DNA from: Saprospiraceae bacterium
GTDB lineage: Bacteria > Bacteroidota > Bacteroidia > Chitinophagales > Saprospiraceae
DNA length: 64,000 bases
Assembly: GCA_028282725.1 (NCBI GenBank)
Contig: JANQHF010000043.1
Location: forward strand, 2,431-66,430
Reading direction: 5' to 3'
Part shown: positions 46,499 to 58,910 of the stretch, piece by piece
Numbering within the stretch: the stretch's first letter is position 1
How the letters are laid out: the number at the start of each line of letters is the position of its first letter
The notes under the pieces: generated by a model
Told to the model about the DNA's origin: nothing
The model's input: the letters and a program-made list of their open reading frames with translations, nothing else
Database searches by the model: none
Made by a program: the position numbers and the translations under genes

Positions 46499-48700
46499 AT
46501 GAGAAACACTAATTGTTTTTTAACTATTTGTCTGCTCTTTGCCTTCTCTGGCATCTGGGCCCAACCTGAGGCAGGTATGCCATCCGAGCCTGGAAAATGC
46601 TATGCAAAATGCTTAATTGCAGATGAATATGAAACAGTAACCGAACAAGTACTTGTAAAGGAAGCCTCTTCAACAGTGGCAATTTCTCCTGCGCGGTATG
46701 AGACGGTTACAGAACGAGTCCTGACAAAAGAGGCAGGCAACACACTTTCCATAAATGCTGCTTCATTTGAGACAGCAACAGAGCAAAAAATAGCTAAAGA
46801 TGCAGGCACAACGATTGCAATAACTCCTGCGAGATTCGAAATGATGACCGAGCAAAAGGTCTCCAAAGAAGCCCCAAGAGCAATTGCTGGTGCATTAGTC
46901 GGCGGATCGATCGGTGAAATGGGAAAACTCTCTTCATCACCTGCACGATTTGAGACCGTATCGGAAAGAGTATTACAGAAAGAAGCGTACACCGTCTTAA
47001 AGGTGGTGCCAGCGACCTTTGAAACGGCAACTGAGCAAAAATTAGTACAGGAAGCTTCAACAAGAATTGAACTGGTACCTGCAGTCTATGAAACGGTGAC
47101 AGAACAAGTCCTGGTCAAAGAGGCTTACTCAGTACTCGAAGTGGTGCCGGCTGAATATGAAACCGTGACGGAACAAGTCCTTTCACAGGAAGGATATTCT
47201 ACAATTTCAACTACGCCTGCCGTATACGAAACGGTAACTGAGCAAAAAATTGCACAGGAAGCCGGTACAACGATTGAGCGCATTCCTGCTCAATTTGAAA
47301 CGGTCACTGAAAGAATTCAGACGGCAGCAGCTTCGACCCGATGGGAAAAGAGAAAGGCGGACAAGAACTGTCTTAGCGCCAATCCCGATGATTGTCTCGT
47401 CTGGTGTCTTGTCGAAGTACCTGCACAATATAGAAATGTCACCAAGCAAGTGAGGAAGTCCTGCCGGACAGGATATACAGCAACCGGTGATGATTGTGTT
47501 CGTACTATTGAGGTGCCGGCACAATACACCACTCACACCTATCAAAAACTGGCATCAGCTGCTTCCAGTGAAAGAACCGAAGTGCCCGCTAAATACACAA
47601 CACGTACCTACAGGAAATTGAAGAGCCCCGCAAGAACCGTAAAACGTGAGGTGCCGGCACAATATGAAACACGCACTTATGAAAAACTGGTAACGCCAGC
47701 GCACACGAGAACAATTGAGATCCCCGCCAGGTATGAGACAGTTTCTTATCAGAAGCTTGTAAACCCTGCAACTACAGTTGTTGAAGAAATTCCAGCAGTA
47801 TATACCACAAGGACCTATCAAAAATTGGCTGCTCCAGCCATGGCAAAGATTGTTCCTTGCGGTAAGAGTTCTATTTTGAACGTAAACTTCGAAACAGCAT
47901 CTGCAGTCCTGATGGCTTCTTCAAATGCTGAAATTGACAGACTGGTCGCCCTCTTGAAGGAGGAATCAGATGTTACAGCAAAATTTGTAGGACATACGGA
48001 CAATATTGGATCGTCTTCCAGCAACCAGGCTCTTTCAGAAGCAAGGGCGAAAGCTGTCTATGAGGCTGTTGTCAATGCAGGTATCGGTGCGGACAGATTG
48101 GGATATGAAGGTATGGGTGAAGATCAACCGATTGCAACCAACGCCTCTGCATCCGGCAGAAGCCAAAACAGAAGAACTGAGTTCATCACTTACGGTGATG
48201 GCAACAATGCAGATTGCAATGTCTATGAGAATATTTCTTATCAGAAACTGGTCAGTGATGCAACACCTGTCACGACAGAGATTCCAGCGACTTATGAGAC
48301 TCATTCATATCAGAAATTGTCAGCGGATGCAAATGTGTCATCTTCTGAAATTCCTGCTGAATACATCACAAGATCTTACCAGAAGCTTGCTGCAGCAGCA
48401 TCGACTTCTGTAACGGAAACACCTGCACAGTACAATACCATTTCCAAAAGACAATTGGTCAAAGCAGGTGGTTTTACCGAGTGGAGAGAAGTGGTCTGTG
48501 GATCGGATATCACACCTGATCTATACAGGAGAATACAACAAGCCTTGATCGACAAAGGATATAACGTTGGCCGATCCGGTGCTGACGGTGTCTTTGGCGC
48601 CGCTTCAAAAGCTGCTCTGGTTAAATTCCAGAGAGACAACGGCCTTCCAGTAGGCCAAATGGACCTGGAGACTCTGGCTGCACTTGGTGTAGAACAATAA
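46499..48700 (+). CDS. repeat-rich envelope protein with an internal OmpA-like domain and a C-terminal PG_binding_1 domain
   Basis: It has a signal peptide. About 20 copies of a 23-aa repeat are present. The OmpA_C block is FVGHTDNIGSSSSNQALSEARAKAV...NRRTEF. The C-terminus is DGVFGAASKAALVKFQRDNGLPVGQMDLETLAALG. Confidence 0.85.
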   Translation: MRNTNCFLTICLLFAFSGIWAQPEAGMPSEPGKCYAKCLIADEYETVTEQVLVKEASSTVAISPARYETVTERVLTKEAGNTLSINAASFETATEQKIAKDAGTTIAITPARFEMMTEQKVSKEAPRAIAGALVGGSIGEMGKLSSSPARFETVSERVLQKEAYTVLKVVPATFETATEQKLVQEASTRIELVPAVYETVTEQVLVKEAYSVLEVVPAEYETVTEQVLSQEGYSTISTTPAVYETVTEQKIAQEAGTTIERIPAQFETVTERIQTAAASTRWEKRKADKNCLSANPDDCLVWCLVEVPAQYRNVTKQVRKSCRTGYTATGDDCVRTIEVPAQYTTHTYQKLASAASSERTEVPAKYTTRTYRKLKSPARTVKREVPAQYETRTYEKLVTPAHTRTIEIPARYETVSYQKLVNPATTVVEEIPAVYTTRTYQKLAAPAMAKIVPCGKSSILNVNFETASAVLMASSNAEIDRLVALLKEESDVTAKFVGHTDNIGSSSSNQALSEARAKAVYEAVVNAGIGADRLGYEGMGEDQPIATNASASGRSQNRRTEFITYGDGNNADCNVYENISYQKLVSDATPVTTEIPATYETHSYQKLSADANVSSSEIPAEYITRSYQKLAAAASTSVTETPAQYNTISKRQLVKAGGFTEWREVVCGSDITPDLYRRIQQALIDKGYNVGRSGADGVFGAASKAALVKFQRDNGLPVGQMDLETLAALGVEQ
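46619..47338 (+). repeat. in-frame tandem repeat block 1: 10 copies, 69-bp (23-aa) period, core PAx[YF]ET[VA]TE[QR]
   Basis: The aromatic core residue falls at aa 44, 67, 90, 113, 151, 174, 197, 220, 243 and 266. Spacing is 23 aa except for one 15-aa insertion. Confidence 0.85.
47411..47842 (+). repeat. in-frame tandem repeat block 2: 6 copies, variant core VPAxY[TE]T[RH]TY[QRE]KL
   Basis: Core Tyr falls at aa 311, 343, 366, 389, 412 and 435, with a 23-aa period after the first copy. Confidence 0.8.
48212..48463 (+). repeat. in-frame tandem repeat block 3: 4 copies after the OmpA-like domain
   Basis: Core Tyr falls at aa 576, 599, 622 and 645, with an exact 23-aa period. Confidence 0.8.
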
Positions 48701-48721
48701 AACCGAAAAATATTTCATTTG

Positions 48722-48751
48722 GGGAGTTCGGATTCCGGACTCCCTTTTTTG
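48722..48751 (+). terminator. rho-independent terminator
   Basis: gggagttcgg pairs with ccggactccc (10 bp, one G-U pair) across a 3-nt loop, followed by a T-run. Confidence 0.75.
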
Positions 48752-48824
48752 TTTAGAAACATTCTATTGAAATGTCCACAGGCAGTTAAATTTCATTTTA
48801 CGTATTAAAAAAATAAGTATATCA

Positions 48825-48832
48825 TACATTTG
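48825..48832 (+). promoter_or_regulatory. Bacteroidota -7 promoter box (TACATTTG) upstream of glyA
   Basis: It matches TAnnTTTG. The ORF-track TTG start (48830) lies inside this box, which favours ATG 48857 as the glyA start. Confidence 0.45.
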
Positions 48833-48856
48833 TGCCATCTTAAAAACAAGCAAAAC

Positions 48857-50137
48857 ATGGATAGTGTTTTTCACCTGATCAATAAAGAATTAGAGCGGCA
48901 ACGCTCGGGAGCAGAACTCATCGCTTCCGAAAATTTCGTCAGTCAGGCAGTTCTGGAGGCCATGGGTTCGTGTCTCACAAATAAGTATGCGGAAGGATAT
49001 CCCGGTAAAAGGTACTACGGCGGATGCGAGGTGGTTGATGAGATTGAGACTTTGGCCATAGACCGATTGAAATTATTATTCGGGGCCTCATTCGCCAATG
49101 TGCAGCCGCATAGTGGTGCACAGGCAAATGCTGCCGTGTTTCTCGCTTGTTTACAACCCGGGGATCCCATACTTGGATTTGATCTTTCTCATGGAGGTCA
49201 TCTTTCCCACGGATCTCCTGTCAATTATTCCGGCAAGGTTTATCGACCCTTCTTTTATGGAGTAGAAAAGGACACCGGAATCATTGATATGGACAAGGTC
49301 TCTGACCTTGCTGACCAACATCAGCCCAAACTGATCATTTGCGGGGCATCCGCATACAGCCGGGATTGGGATTACGTTCGTTTCAGAGAAATTGCCGACC
49401 GCGTTGGTGCGCTCCTGCTTGCGGATATAGCACATCCCGCCGGGTTAATTGCAGCTGGCTTGTTGAATGACCCTCTGCCCTACTGTCATATTGTTACCTC
49501 CACAACGCACAAAACATTGAGGGGACCAAGGGGTGGCATCATCATGATGGGCAATGATCTTGAAAATCCATGGGGTAGAACAACAAAAAAAGGCACACCA
49601 ATAAAAATGTCTTCAATTCTCAACAGTGGTGTCTTCCCGGGAATGCAAGGCGGACCACTCGAACATGTCATCGCCTCCAAGGCTGTTGCATTTGGTGAGG
49701 CCCTTCAACCGGATTTCAAAAAATATGCACGGCAAGTGATTGCGAATGCCAAAGCAATGGCCAATTCATTTAAAAGCAAGGGATACCATGTGATCTCGGG
49801 GGGTACGGACAATCACCTCATGCTGATCGACCTCAGATCCAAAAATGTCACAGGAAAAGAAGCCGAAAAGGCCCTGGTGAGGTCTGAGATAACGGTCAAT
49901 AAAAATATGGTGCCTTTTGATGACAAGAGTCCATTTGTGACATCAGGTATCCGGATCGGCACAGCAGCAGTTACAACGCGGGGTATAAAGGAAGAGGAAT
50001 GTCTTCAATTAGTGGAGTGGATCGACGAGGTTATCACAAATCACGAAGACGACGGACTCATTGCAACCATTGCAGGAAGGGTCAACAGGCTTATGGAAGA
50101 GTTTCCATTGTATGCTCTTTCGAATGCTGCTGTTTAG
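48857..50137 (+). CDS. glyA: serine hydroxymethyltransferase
   Basis: [24 protein letters not shown], the SGAQAN region and [14 protein letters not shown] (PLP-lysine motif) are present. Confidence 0.95.
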   Translation: MDSVFHLINKELERQRSGAELIASENFVSQAVLEAMGSCLTNKYAEGYPGKRYYGGCEVVDEIETLAIDRLKLLFGASFANVQPHSGAQANAAVFLACLQPGDPILGFDLSHGGHLSHGSPVNYSGKVYRPFFYGVEKDTGIIDMDKVSDLADQHQPKLIICGASAYSRDWDYVRFREIADRVGALLLADIAHPAGLIAAGLLNDPLPYCHIVTSTTHKTLRGPRGGIIMMGNDLENPWGRTTKKGTPIKMSSILNSGVFPGMQGGPLEHVIASKAVAFGEALQPDFKKYARQVIANAKAMANSFKSKGYHVISGGTDNHLMLIDLRSKNVTGKEAEKALVRSEITVNKNMVPFDDKSPFVTSGIRIGTAAVTTRGIKEEECLQLVEWIDEVITNHEDDGLIATIAGRVNRLMEEFPLYALSNAAV

Positions 50138-50879
50138 AGTGGGGATATTTGACATCACATAAAAAGAGACCCCTGGCCGGGGCGCTTGACATATAATGGC
50201 TCCTGGTACCACGCGAGATGTGTTCGGCTACCTCCCGGACACTGATCCTGCCAAGACTTACATTCAATGATGTACCTACGATCAATCGCACCATACCTCT
50301 CAGAAACCGATTTGCTGTGATTCGGTAGATCATGACATCTTTTTCCGGGAACTGCCAGGAACTTTCGAGAATGGTACATTTCATTGTTTTTACATCCGTA
50401 TTTGACTTGCAGAACGAGGTGAAATCACTGGTCTCAATGATTAATGTTGCCACCTGGTCCAAGGCACCGGCATTGAAATCTCTTGCCAAAGGAAAAAACG
50501 TCGAATACTGTCTCTTAAATGGATTCGGGGACATGTGAATGTTGTATTCATATGAACGCTGTACGGCGTCATACCTCGCGTGAAGGTCTTCAGGGACATC
50601 ATATACTCTGTGACAAACGATATCCGGCGACAAGATGCCATTTAATTTATAGATCTGATTTGAAAATTCACTGATGGGTTCAGTCGTATCAAAATGACAA
50701 ACAAAGTTCTTTGCATGAACCCCCTTATCCGTCCGGCCACATCCGATTACTTCAATTGAAATTCCGGCAGACATGGACAAGGCCTTTTCAATTTCGCCCT
50801 GGATCGTACGGACATTGGGTTGTTTTTGCCATCCGGCATAATTCGTACCATCATATGACAATTCCAAAAAGTACCTCAT
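50091..50879 (-). CDS. truA: tRNA pseudouridine(38-40) synthase TruA
   Basis: [20 protein letters not shown] and [11 protein letters not shown] (catalytic Asp) are present. ORF extends to 50921. A TATATTTG box on the minus strand at 50926..50919 fits the shorter start. Confidence 0.85.
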   Translation of the reverse strand: MRYFLELSYDGTNYAGWQKQPNVRTIQGEIEKALSMSAGISIEVIGCGRTDKGVHAKNFVCHFDTTEPISEFSNQIYKLNGILSPDIVCHRVYDVPEDLHARYDAVQRSYEYNIHMSPNPFKRQYSTFFPLARDFNAGALDQVATLIIETSDFTSFCKSNTDVKTMKCTILESSWQFPEKDVMIYRITANRFLRGMVRLIVGTSLNVSLGRISVREVAEHISRGTRSHYMSSAPARGLFLCDVKYPHSKQQHSKEHTMETLP

Positions 50880-51117
50880 GGGGTGCAGGTGATTTGAGGG
50901 CATAAAAAAACCGCTCACCAAATATATTGGAAAGCGGTCGTATAAAAATGGTACGTTAAAATTCTTATACGATGTAAATATAAATTAAAATCTCATTTAT
51001 CAAACAAATTTGCCATCATATATAATAATTAAAGATAATCTAATAATTTATGAAATTTTATGAAGTCTCCAAACAAGAGAGCCAAATGAAAGGAAGATCC
51101 CTGCATTCATTCAATAA

Positions 51118-52356
51118 CTAAGCGACGCGCAGTTGGTTCAGTTTTGACTTATCCAGCTGTCTTTTTGCGTATGCCTCTGTCACCATAAAAGACTTGGTTT
51201 TAGCATCGGAAGGTAGCTCAAACATGGCATCTGTCAGGATCTCCTCGCAGATTGAACGCAATCCCCTGGCTCCCAATTTAAATTGCATGGCTTTGTCCGC
51301 AATGTACTCTAAGGCAGTTTTTTCAAACTTCAAAGAAATACCTTCCAATTCAAATAATTTGGTATACTGCTTAGTCAAGGCATTCTTAGGTTCCGTAAGA
51401 ATCCGAATCATCACGTCCTTGGTCAGCGGCTCTAAATAGGTCAGAACGGGAAGCCGCCCTATTAATTCAGGGATCAGGCCAAAATTCTTAATATCCTGGT
51501 GGATGATATGCTTTAATAGTGAGGATTCGTCGACGCTATCCTGTGATTTATTCTTAAAACCGATTACATGAGTATTCAGCCTTTTTGCAATGATCTTGTC
51601 GATACCACTGAATGCACCTCCACAAATGAACAGGATGTCAGATGTATTTACAGGAATCAATTTCTGCTCAGGATGTTTTCTACCTCCCTGGGGGGGCACA
51701 TTGACTTCGGTCCCTTCGAGCATCTTCAATAAGGCTTGTTGCACACCTTCTCCTGAAACGTCCCTTGTAATCGAGGGATTATCACTCTTCCTTGCAATTT
51801 TGTCAATTTCATCAATGTAGACGATACCTTTCTGAGCAGCTTCCGTATTATAGTCACATACCTGCAATAACCTGCTCAACATACTCTCGACATCTTCTCC
51901 GACATATCCAGCCTCGGTAAAAACAGTGGCATCCACAATGGCAAACGGCACGTCCAGAAAACGCGCGATTGTTTTTGCGAGTAGGGTTTTGCCGGTGCCC
52001 GTATCTCCTACAAAAAGTATGTTGGATTTTTCCAGCTCGACTTCATCAAGAGCCCTGTTATATTTCAGTCTCTTATAGTGATTATAGACAGCAACGGAAA
52101 GATATCTCTTGGCCTCGTCCTGTCCGATAACGTATTCATCGAGATAGTCCTTGATTCCCTGGGGAGTAATTCCTTCCGGAAGGTCGAAAGAAGAAGACTC
52201 TTTTGTAAAATCAGCCTTCAGTTCTTTGACCACAATATCATTCGCTTGCTCAACACACGACTCACAGATATGACCGTCAGTACCGGCAATGAGTAATAAG
52301 GCGTCACTTTTATCCTTGCCACAAAAAGAACATTTCGGTGAATTGCGCATACTCAT
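51118..52356 (-). CDS. clpX: ATP-dependent Clp protease ATP-binding subunit ClpX
   Basis: N-terminal zinc finger CSFCGK...CESC, Walker [12 protein letters not shown], and [10 protein letters not shown]. Confidence 0.95.
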   Translation of the reverse strand: MSMRNSPKCSFCGKDKSDALLLIAGTDGHICESCVEQANDIVVKELKADFTKESSSFDLPEGITPQGIKDYLDEYVIGQDEAKRYLSVAVYNHYKRLKYNRALDEVELEKSNILFVGDTGTGKTLLAKTIARFLDVPFAIVDATVFTEAGYVGEDVESMLSRLLQVCDYNTEAAQKGIVYIDEIDKIARKSDNPSITRDVSGEGVQQALLKMLEGTEVNVPPQGGRKHPEQKLIPVNTSDILFICGGAFSGIDKIIAKRLNTHVIGFKNKSQDSVDESSLLKHIIHQDIKNFGLIPELIGRLPVLTYLEPLTKDVMIRILTEPKNALTKQYTKLFELEGISLKFEKTALEYIADKAMQFKLGARGLRSICEEILTDAMFELPSDAKTKSFMVTEAYAKRQLDKSKLNQLRVA

Positions 52357-52366
52357 AATGGTAAAT

Positions 52367-53050
52367 TTACGAAGATTTCTTCCTTGTCAGCACTTCATCA
52401 ACCAATCCGTAATCCTTTGCCTCTTCTGCTTTCATCCAATGATCGCGATCGCAATCTTTTTCTATTTGATTCAGTGTCTTTCCAGTGTGTTTCGCAAGGA
52501 TCTCGTAAAGCTCTTTCTTCATATCCTTGATTAGATTATAGGATATTTCCATATCGGAGAATTGCCCCTGCATTCCACCTGAGGGTTGATGGATCATGAT
52601 CCTGCTGTGCGGAAGACAACTTCTCTTTCCTTTTTTACCGGCACAAAGCAAGACGGCACCCATGGAAGCAGCCAGACTTGTACAAATCGTATTGACATCC
52701 GGTGTCACATACTGCATGGTGTCATAAATACCCAATCCTGCGATCACGCTTCCCCCGGGACTATTAATAAACATTTGAATGTCCATCTTTGGATCTGTGG
52801 ATTCCAGGAATAACAACTGAGCTTGCACCACATTAGCGACATAGTCATTCACTGGTACACCCATAAAGATTACCCGGTCCATCATCAACCTGCTGAAGAC
52901 GTCCATCCCGACTATATTCATTTGTCTTTCCTCGATTACCTGCGGGGTAAAGCCATCTATTTGCGGAACACGTACTTGTTCCATATATTTTTCCAGGTGC
53001 ATCGAACTTAAGTCGTGATGCTTGGTTGCATATTTCTTGAATTCATCCAT
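52367..53050 (-). CDS. clpP: ATP-dependent Clp protease proteolytic subunit ClpP
   Basis: [16 protein letters not shown] (catalytic Ser) and IMIHQPSGG (His) are present. ORF extends to 53065. MDEFKKYA is the likely start. Confidence 0.9.
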   Translation of the reverse strand: MDEFKKYATKHHDLSSMHLEKYMEQVRVPQIDGFTPQVIEERQMNIVGMDVFSRLMMDRVIFMGVPVNDYVANVVQAQLLFLESTDPKMDIQMFINSPGGSVIAGLGIYDTMQYVTPDVNTICTSLAASMGAVLLCAGKKGKRSCLPHSRIMIHQPSGGMQGQFSDMEISYNLIKDMKKELYEILAKHTGKTLNQIEKDCDRDHWMKAEEAKDYGLVDEVLTRKKSS

Positions 53051-53117
53051 TCTATACATGTACAATCAATTTTTCTCTTATATAATGACAATTTAATATG
53101 TATATAACACTATTCCC

Positions 53118-54482
53118 CTACCCTTTGTTTTGCCTTAATTCTTCAAGAATCTCCTTGTATTCTTCAGTGTTTAGTGTCTTTTCGGTCATTTTAACACGTT
53201 CCATGATGCCATCTAACACCTTATCCGCCAGAATCTCCTCGTATTCCTCTTGCACAGATTGCTGATTTTGCATCATGCGTTCCACTATTCCGTCATATTC
53301 ATTCCCTCCCATCATTCCATAACCGTACTGTGCAAATTGTGCCTTGATCTTCTCTTTCATCGCCGCCCTTATTTCTTCTGGCGCAATTTCTATTCCATAT
53401 TCCCCACTCAATTTTTTCTTGATGAGCGTCCACCTGAGATTTTTGCTAAAGTCTCCGTATTCATCTTCAACCTGATCGGCGGATAACTCCTCGTTGGAAG
53501 CCAGCAACCACCGCTTGAGGAATTCATCGGGCATTTCGACCACATTGATCTCGATCAGATGTTCAAGAATCTTGCGTTTCGTCAGGGACAAGGCCTGGCT
53601 TTCGTAAAAGGGGGTGAGATCTTTTTGCAACATCTCCCGGGCTTCTTCTTCGTTTGCGACCTTGCCCGGCCCAAATGCCTTTTCATAAAATGATTCATCC
53701 AGTTCAGCGGGTATCAATCTTTTGATCTTGACAATCGTAGCCGTGAATTTTGAGGCTACGTTTTCCGGGGCATCTTTTAAGAAGTACTTATTAATGTAGT
53801 CCCCGGTAGTGTTCTTTTCAAGGTCGTACAAGTCAATTTCAGTGCTGAATCCAATCGATTGACCAAGAAATGTCTTCTTGGAGGATTCGGTCATCCGATC
53901 GGGCATCACATTGATTTCAGTTTGAAAAGGCGTTTCATTCTCTGACCCGATCTCAATGCAATCCAGGGCAATGATATCCATTTCTTCCACTTCTCCCTCC
54001 ACTTCTTTTTGTTCTCCCATCCTTTTTCTCAAAGCCTCAATCTCTTCATCCAGATCAGTATCCGTTATGTGGATGGCAATCGATTCATATTCGTCAGTCA
54101 CGTCTACTCCCTTCACTTCAAAATCAGGAGCCATTCCAATATCAAACTTGAACTCAAATGACCCCATATTTCTGAGGTCAAAATCAATGACCTCCTGGTC
54201 TTCAGAGGGTAGTGGATTTCCCAGGATGTCCAGTTCCTTTTTGACAATATACTCTTCAAGGGATTTATTCAGCGTGTCGTAAACTACTTCGGCCAAAACC
54301 GTCTTTCCATACATTTTTCGAATGGCTGTCATGGGTGTTTTGCCTTTTCGAAATCCTTTTAAGTGAGCCTTTTTCTTATAGGATTTGATTTGTTCTTCAA
54401 ATGCTTTTTTATAATCATCCGGCTCAAGGACAATAGTCAATTCGGATGACAAATTACCCTTATCATTAAGTTCAGTCTTCAT
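53118..54482 (-). CDS. tig: trigger factor
   Basis: 454 aa and acidic. GFRKGKTPM is the ribosome-binding signature. It sits in the canonical tig-clpP-clpX order. Confidence 0.9.
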   Translation of the reverse strand: MKTELNDKGNLSSELTIVLEPDDYKKAFEEQIKSYKKKAHLKGFRKGKTPMTAIRKMYGKTVLAEVVYDTLNKSLEEYIVKKELDILGNPLPSEDQEVIDFDLRNMGSFEFKFDIGMAPDFEVKGVDVTDEYESIAIHITDTDLDEEIEALRKRMGEQKEVEGEVEEMDIIALDCIEIGSENETPFQTEINVMPDRMTESSKKTFLGQSIGFSTEIDLYDLEKNTTGDYINKYFLKDAPENVASKFTATIVKIKRLIPAELDESFYEKAFGPGKVANEEEAREMLQKDLTPFYESQALSLTKRKILEHLIEINVVEMPDEFLKRWLLASNEELSADQVEDEYGDFSKNLRWTLIKKKLSGEYGIEIAPEEIRAAMKEKIKAQFAQYGYGMMGGNEYDGIVERMMQNQQSVQEEYEEILADKVLDGIMERVKMTEKTLNTEEYKEILEELRQNKG

Positions 54483-54589
54483 ACTTCAAGTCATTAAGGA
54501 TTCTTTTTCACCTGGAGCATACATGATTGCGATGCCTGTTATTCCCGGCAATGATCACAATTTGATAATGGACAAGAATTTCTCAAATG

Positions 54590-54671
54590 TGCGGGTGGAG
54601 GGACTCGAACCCCCACGCCGTGAAGCACTAGATCCTAAGTCTAGCATGTCTACCAATTTCATCACACCCGC
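54590..54671 (-). tRNA. tRNA-Leu (anticodon UAG), class II with long variable arm; CCA not encoded
   Basis: The reverse complement is GCGGGTGTGATGAAATTGGTAGACATGCTAGACTTAGGATCTAGTGCTTCACGGCGTGGGGGTTCGAGTCCCTCCACCCGCA. The acceptor stem is GCGGGTG/CACCCGC. The anticodon stem is CTAGA/TCTAG with loop CTTAGGA. The T-loop is GGGGGTTCGAGTCCCTC. Confidence 0.9.
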
Positions 54672-54796
54672 AATGGATTAGCGCGCAAAGATATATTCTT
54701 CCCTAATAAATGCGACAAAATTTTCAACATTAATATCCCTGTCAAAATTCTGCAAAATGATGTAACTTAGACTCGGTCTAAGTCTAATTAAGGTAT

Positions 54797-57013
54797 ATGC
54801 CCCATACTACAATTACATATAACACCGAGGAATCGGTCATTATAAATCATACCTTCGAACGTCTGCTGGAGTCATTAAAACCCAAATTGAAAGGAGATGA
54901 CGAGCAGAACCTTCGAAAGGCTTTTGAACTAGCATTTGACGCCCATGAATTCCAGCGTAGACGATCAGGAGAGCCCTATATTCTTCATCCGCTCGAAGTA
55001 GCCAGGATTTGTCATGAAGAGATAGGTCTGGGGCCAACGGCAGTGATCTGCGCCATCCTGCACGATGTAGTGGAAGATACACCCGTAAACCTGGAAGAAA
55101 TCTTCGATATTTTCGGAGCAAAGGTGACGAGAATTGTGGACGGGTTGACCAAACTGGACGGTCTTTACAACCTGGGCAATGAAAATGCTGAAAATCTCAA
55201 AAAGGTACTGAGCAGCCTGGTCTATGATGTACGGGTTGTCCTCATAAAGATGTCCGACCGGTTGCATAACCTGAGAACCATCGCCCCCATGCCCCAGCAC
55301 AAGCAGCTTAGAATCGCTGCGGAAACCATGTTTATTTATGCACCTCTTGCTCATCGCCTGGGATTGTATCAGATTAAGACGGAGTTTGAAGATATCTGCA
55401 TGAAGGTCACCGATCCGGATACCTACCAGGGGCTGGTCCAGAAAGTGGAGGACAATGAACAGGAGCGGGAGAAATATCTCAAAAAATTTCTTGCACCACT
55501 AGAGAAATCCCTCAAAGCCCTCGACGTCCCATACCGGATTCTGGCAAGACCTAAATCCATTTCATCTATATGGAATAAGATCAGAAATAAGAATGTCGAG
55601 TTTGAGGAAATATACGATCTATTCGCCGTGCGAATCATCATTGACGTCCCACTGACATTTGAGAAGCCCGTTTGCTGGCAGGTATATAGTGTGATTACCG
55701 ATCACTATAAGCCCATACCGGAACGGCTAAAGGACTGGATCACAAGTCCAAAAGGGAACGGATATGAGTCTTTACACACTACGGTAATCGGACCTGGCGG
55801 ACGCTATGTTGAGGTGCAGATCAGAAGTGAAAGGATGGATGATATAGCGGAAAGGGGATTTGCCGCTCATTGGAAATACAAGGGGAAAAAGGGAGACGAG
55901 AATGTCTATGAGAAATGGTTGGATAATATTCGCAACCTGTTGGAAAGTCCAAATGAAGATGCCGTTGAATTTCTGGCTGATTTTAAAACCAACCTGTTCA
56001 AGGAAGAGGTATACGTATTCACTCCAAAAGGAGATATGCGCATATTGCCAAAAGGAGCCACGGCCCTCGATTTTGCATTTGACATTCATTCTGATGTCGG
56101 AGCAGGGGCCACGGCTATTAAGGTGAACAACAAGTTGGTTCCCATGGGAAGGGAACTCCAAAATGGCGACCAGGTAAGCGTGACGACATCCAAGAATCAG
56201 ACTCCTTCCGAGGACTGGCTAAAACTGGTAATCACAGGGAAGGCAAGATCCAAAATTCGTTCATCAATTAACGAAAAGACCAGAGAACTTGCCGGACTTG
56301 GACGTGAGGCCCTGGAAAGAAAGCTGAGAAATCTGAAAGTTGGATTTGAGGAAAATGTAGAAATATTGGTCAATTACTTCAAACTGAAGAATCGGAAAGA
56401 ACTCTACCTAGCCATTCAAAATGAGGAAATCAAACCCAGCGAACTGAACAAGAAATTCGACATTGAAAATGGCAATTTCATACCCAAGGTCGCCAAGAGG
56501 AAAACAGTACATGAGCCAAGGCGGACACCTGTTGCTCCGGAAAAGATTGACAAGGATGTCCTGATCAGAATCAATGACGAACCCACCGACAATTATCAGT
56601 TTGAACTAAGCTCATGTTGCAATCCGGTGCCTGGCGATCAGATTTTCGCATTCCTGACTTCAAATGCCGGAATGAAAATCCATCGAATGAATTGTACCAA
56701 TGCGTCCAATCTCTTCACGAATTATGGTTACAGGATTCTAAAAGCAGAGTGGACCAAACATTCCGGGAAAGACTTTATGGTGGAACTCAGGGTAACCGGA
56801 ATCGATACAGGTCCGGGAGTCATTCAGACGCTGACCAATGAAATATCCAATAATTTGAGCATCAATATTCGATCACTGGCCATCGAAGGAGAAGAAGGTA
56901 TTTACGAAGGAAGAGTAAAGATTATCGTAAAAGATAAAAACCAATTGAATCACGTGATTAAGGCATTAAAGGCATTAGATAATATTTCCACCGTGGAGAG
57001 GATTTCAAGTTAA
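54797..57013 (+). CDS. relA: bifunctional (p)ppGpp synthetase/hydrolase, RelA/SpoT (RSH) family
   Basis: HD hydrolase domain: [17 protein letters not shown]. Synthetase block: [18 protein letters not shown] and ACT-like C-terminal regions are present. 738 aa. Confidence 0.9.
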   Translation: MPHTTITYNTEESVIINHTFERLLESLKPKLKGDDEQNLRKAFELAFDAHEFQRRRSGEPYILHPLEVARICHEEIGLGPTAVICAILHDVVEDTPVNLEEIFDIFGAKVTRIVDGLTKLDGLYNLGNENAENLKKVLSSLVYDVRVVLIKMSDRLHNLRTIAPMPQHKQLRIAAETMFIYAPLAHRLGLYQIKTEFEDICMKVTDPDTYQGLVQKVEDNEQEREKYLKKFLAPLEKSLKALDVPYRILARPKSISSIWNKIRNKNVEFEEIYDLFAVRIIIDVPLTFEKPVCWQVYSVITDHYKPIPERLKDWITSPKGNGYESLHTTVIGPGGRYVEVQIRSERMDDIAERGFAAHWKYKGKKGDENVYEKWLDNIRNLLESPNEDAVEFLADFKTNLFKEEVYVFTPKGDMRILPKGATALDFAFDIHSDVGAGATAIKVNNKLVPMGRELQNGDQVSVTTSKNQTPSEDWLKLVITGKARSKIRSSINEKTRELAGLGREALERKLRNLKVGFEENVEILVNYFKLKNRKELYLAIQNEEIKPSELNKKFDIENGNFIPKVAKRKTVHEPRRTPVAPEKIDKDVLIRINDEPTDNYQFELSSCCNPVPGDQIFAFLTSNAGMKIHRMNCTNASNLFTNYGYRILKAEWTKHSGKDFMVELRVTGIDTGPGVIQTLTNEISNNLSINIRSLAIEGEEGIYEGRVKIIVKDKNQLNHVIKALKALDNISTVERISS

Positions 57014-57023
57014 AATTGCAATT

Positions 57024-57491
57024 ATGTCACAATTTTCCACAAAAGAACTTGAATCCAGGTTTGAGAAAGCCAGGGTCAAATTCAAAAACTTCCTGGAAAA
57101 AAATAGCAACAGGAAAACACCTGAGCGATTTGCCATACTACAGGAGATTTATTTAAACCAACATCACTTTGATGCAGAGGCCTTGTACATCAAAATGAAG
57201 CAAAATGCATATCGCGTTAGCCGTGCAACAATTTATAATACGCTCGATATTCTCGTGGAATGCAATCTGATCCGCAGACATCAATTTGGCAACAATAAAA
57301 CCCTTTATGAACGATCATATGGCTTCAAAGATCACGACCATTTGATATGTACGAATTGCGGGAAGATCATTGAATTTGACGATCACCGGGTCTATGACAT
57401 CGTCAATAATCATACGAATACGATAGGATTTCGTGTCGACTACCAATCACTGAACATCTACGGCAGATGTGAAGGTTGTCAGACTCAATAA
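57024..57491 (+). CDS. fur: Fur family transcriptional regulator
   Basis: 155 aa. The winged helix is [11 protein letters not shown]. Metal sites are [15 protein letters not shown] and CEGC. Confidence 0.8.
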   Translation: MSQFSTKELESRFEKARVKFKNFLEKNSNRKTPERFAILQEIYLNQHHFDAEALYIKMKQNAYRVSRATIYNTLDILVECNLIRRHQFGNNKTLYERSYGFKDHDHLICTNCGKIIEFDDHRVYDIVNNHTNTIGFRVDYQSLNIYGRCEGCQTQ

Positions 57492-57555
57492 CGGGGAGGG
57501 ACTTTCATTCTCAAGAATACTTCTCAGTATTGTGCATTTTATTCATATGTGTCTT

Positions 57556-57563
57556 TACCTTTG
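57556..57563 (+). promoter_or_regulatory. Bacteroidota -7 promoter box (TACCTTTG) upstream of purA
   Basis: It matches TAnnTTTG, with TTG at 57530-32 (23-nt spacer). The purA ATG is at 57643. Confidence 0.4.
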
Positions 57564-57642
57564 TCATTTAACAGAAACGACCACCGGACAGATGCCACGA
57601 TTATGCGTGCGCTCTGTCGACGAGAAAAAATTCGGAAGATAA

Positions 57643-58893
<1,251 letters not shown>

Positions 58894-58910
58894 TCGTCCT
58901 GAGACAGTCA

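Noticed and set aside
46619-48463. A regular 69-bp periodicity that could be mistaken for a CRISPR-like or satellite array.
   Set aside because: The periodicity is entirely in-frame within one long ORF and encodes a 23-aa protein repeat. The units are divergent at the DNA level with no repeat/spacer alternation, and there are no cas genes. No CRISPR array is present anywhere in the window.
50904-50940. The hairpin accgct...agcggt near the truA 5-prime end considered as a terminator.
   Set aside because: The stem is only 6 bp with a 17-nt loop and no T-tract in the clpX direction. The same sequence contains the minus-strand TATATTTG -7 box, so it is more simply the truA promoter region.
54483-54796. 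The tRNA-Leu locus considered as a possible integration site for a genomic island.
   Set aside because: The tRNA is flanked directly by tig and relA/spoT. No integrase, direct repeat of the tRNA 3-prime end or foreign-looking genes were seen on either side.
57511-57540. The short hairpin aatact-tctc-agtatt after fur considered as a terminator.
   Set aside because: The stem is only 6 bp and AT-rich, followed by an interrupted T-run. This is too weak to call. The region also overlaps the predicted purA -33 element.
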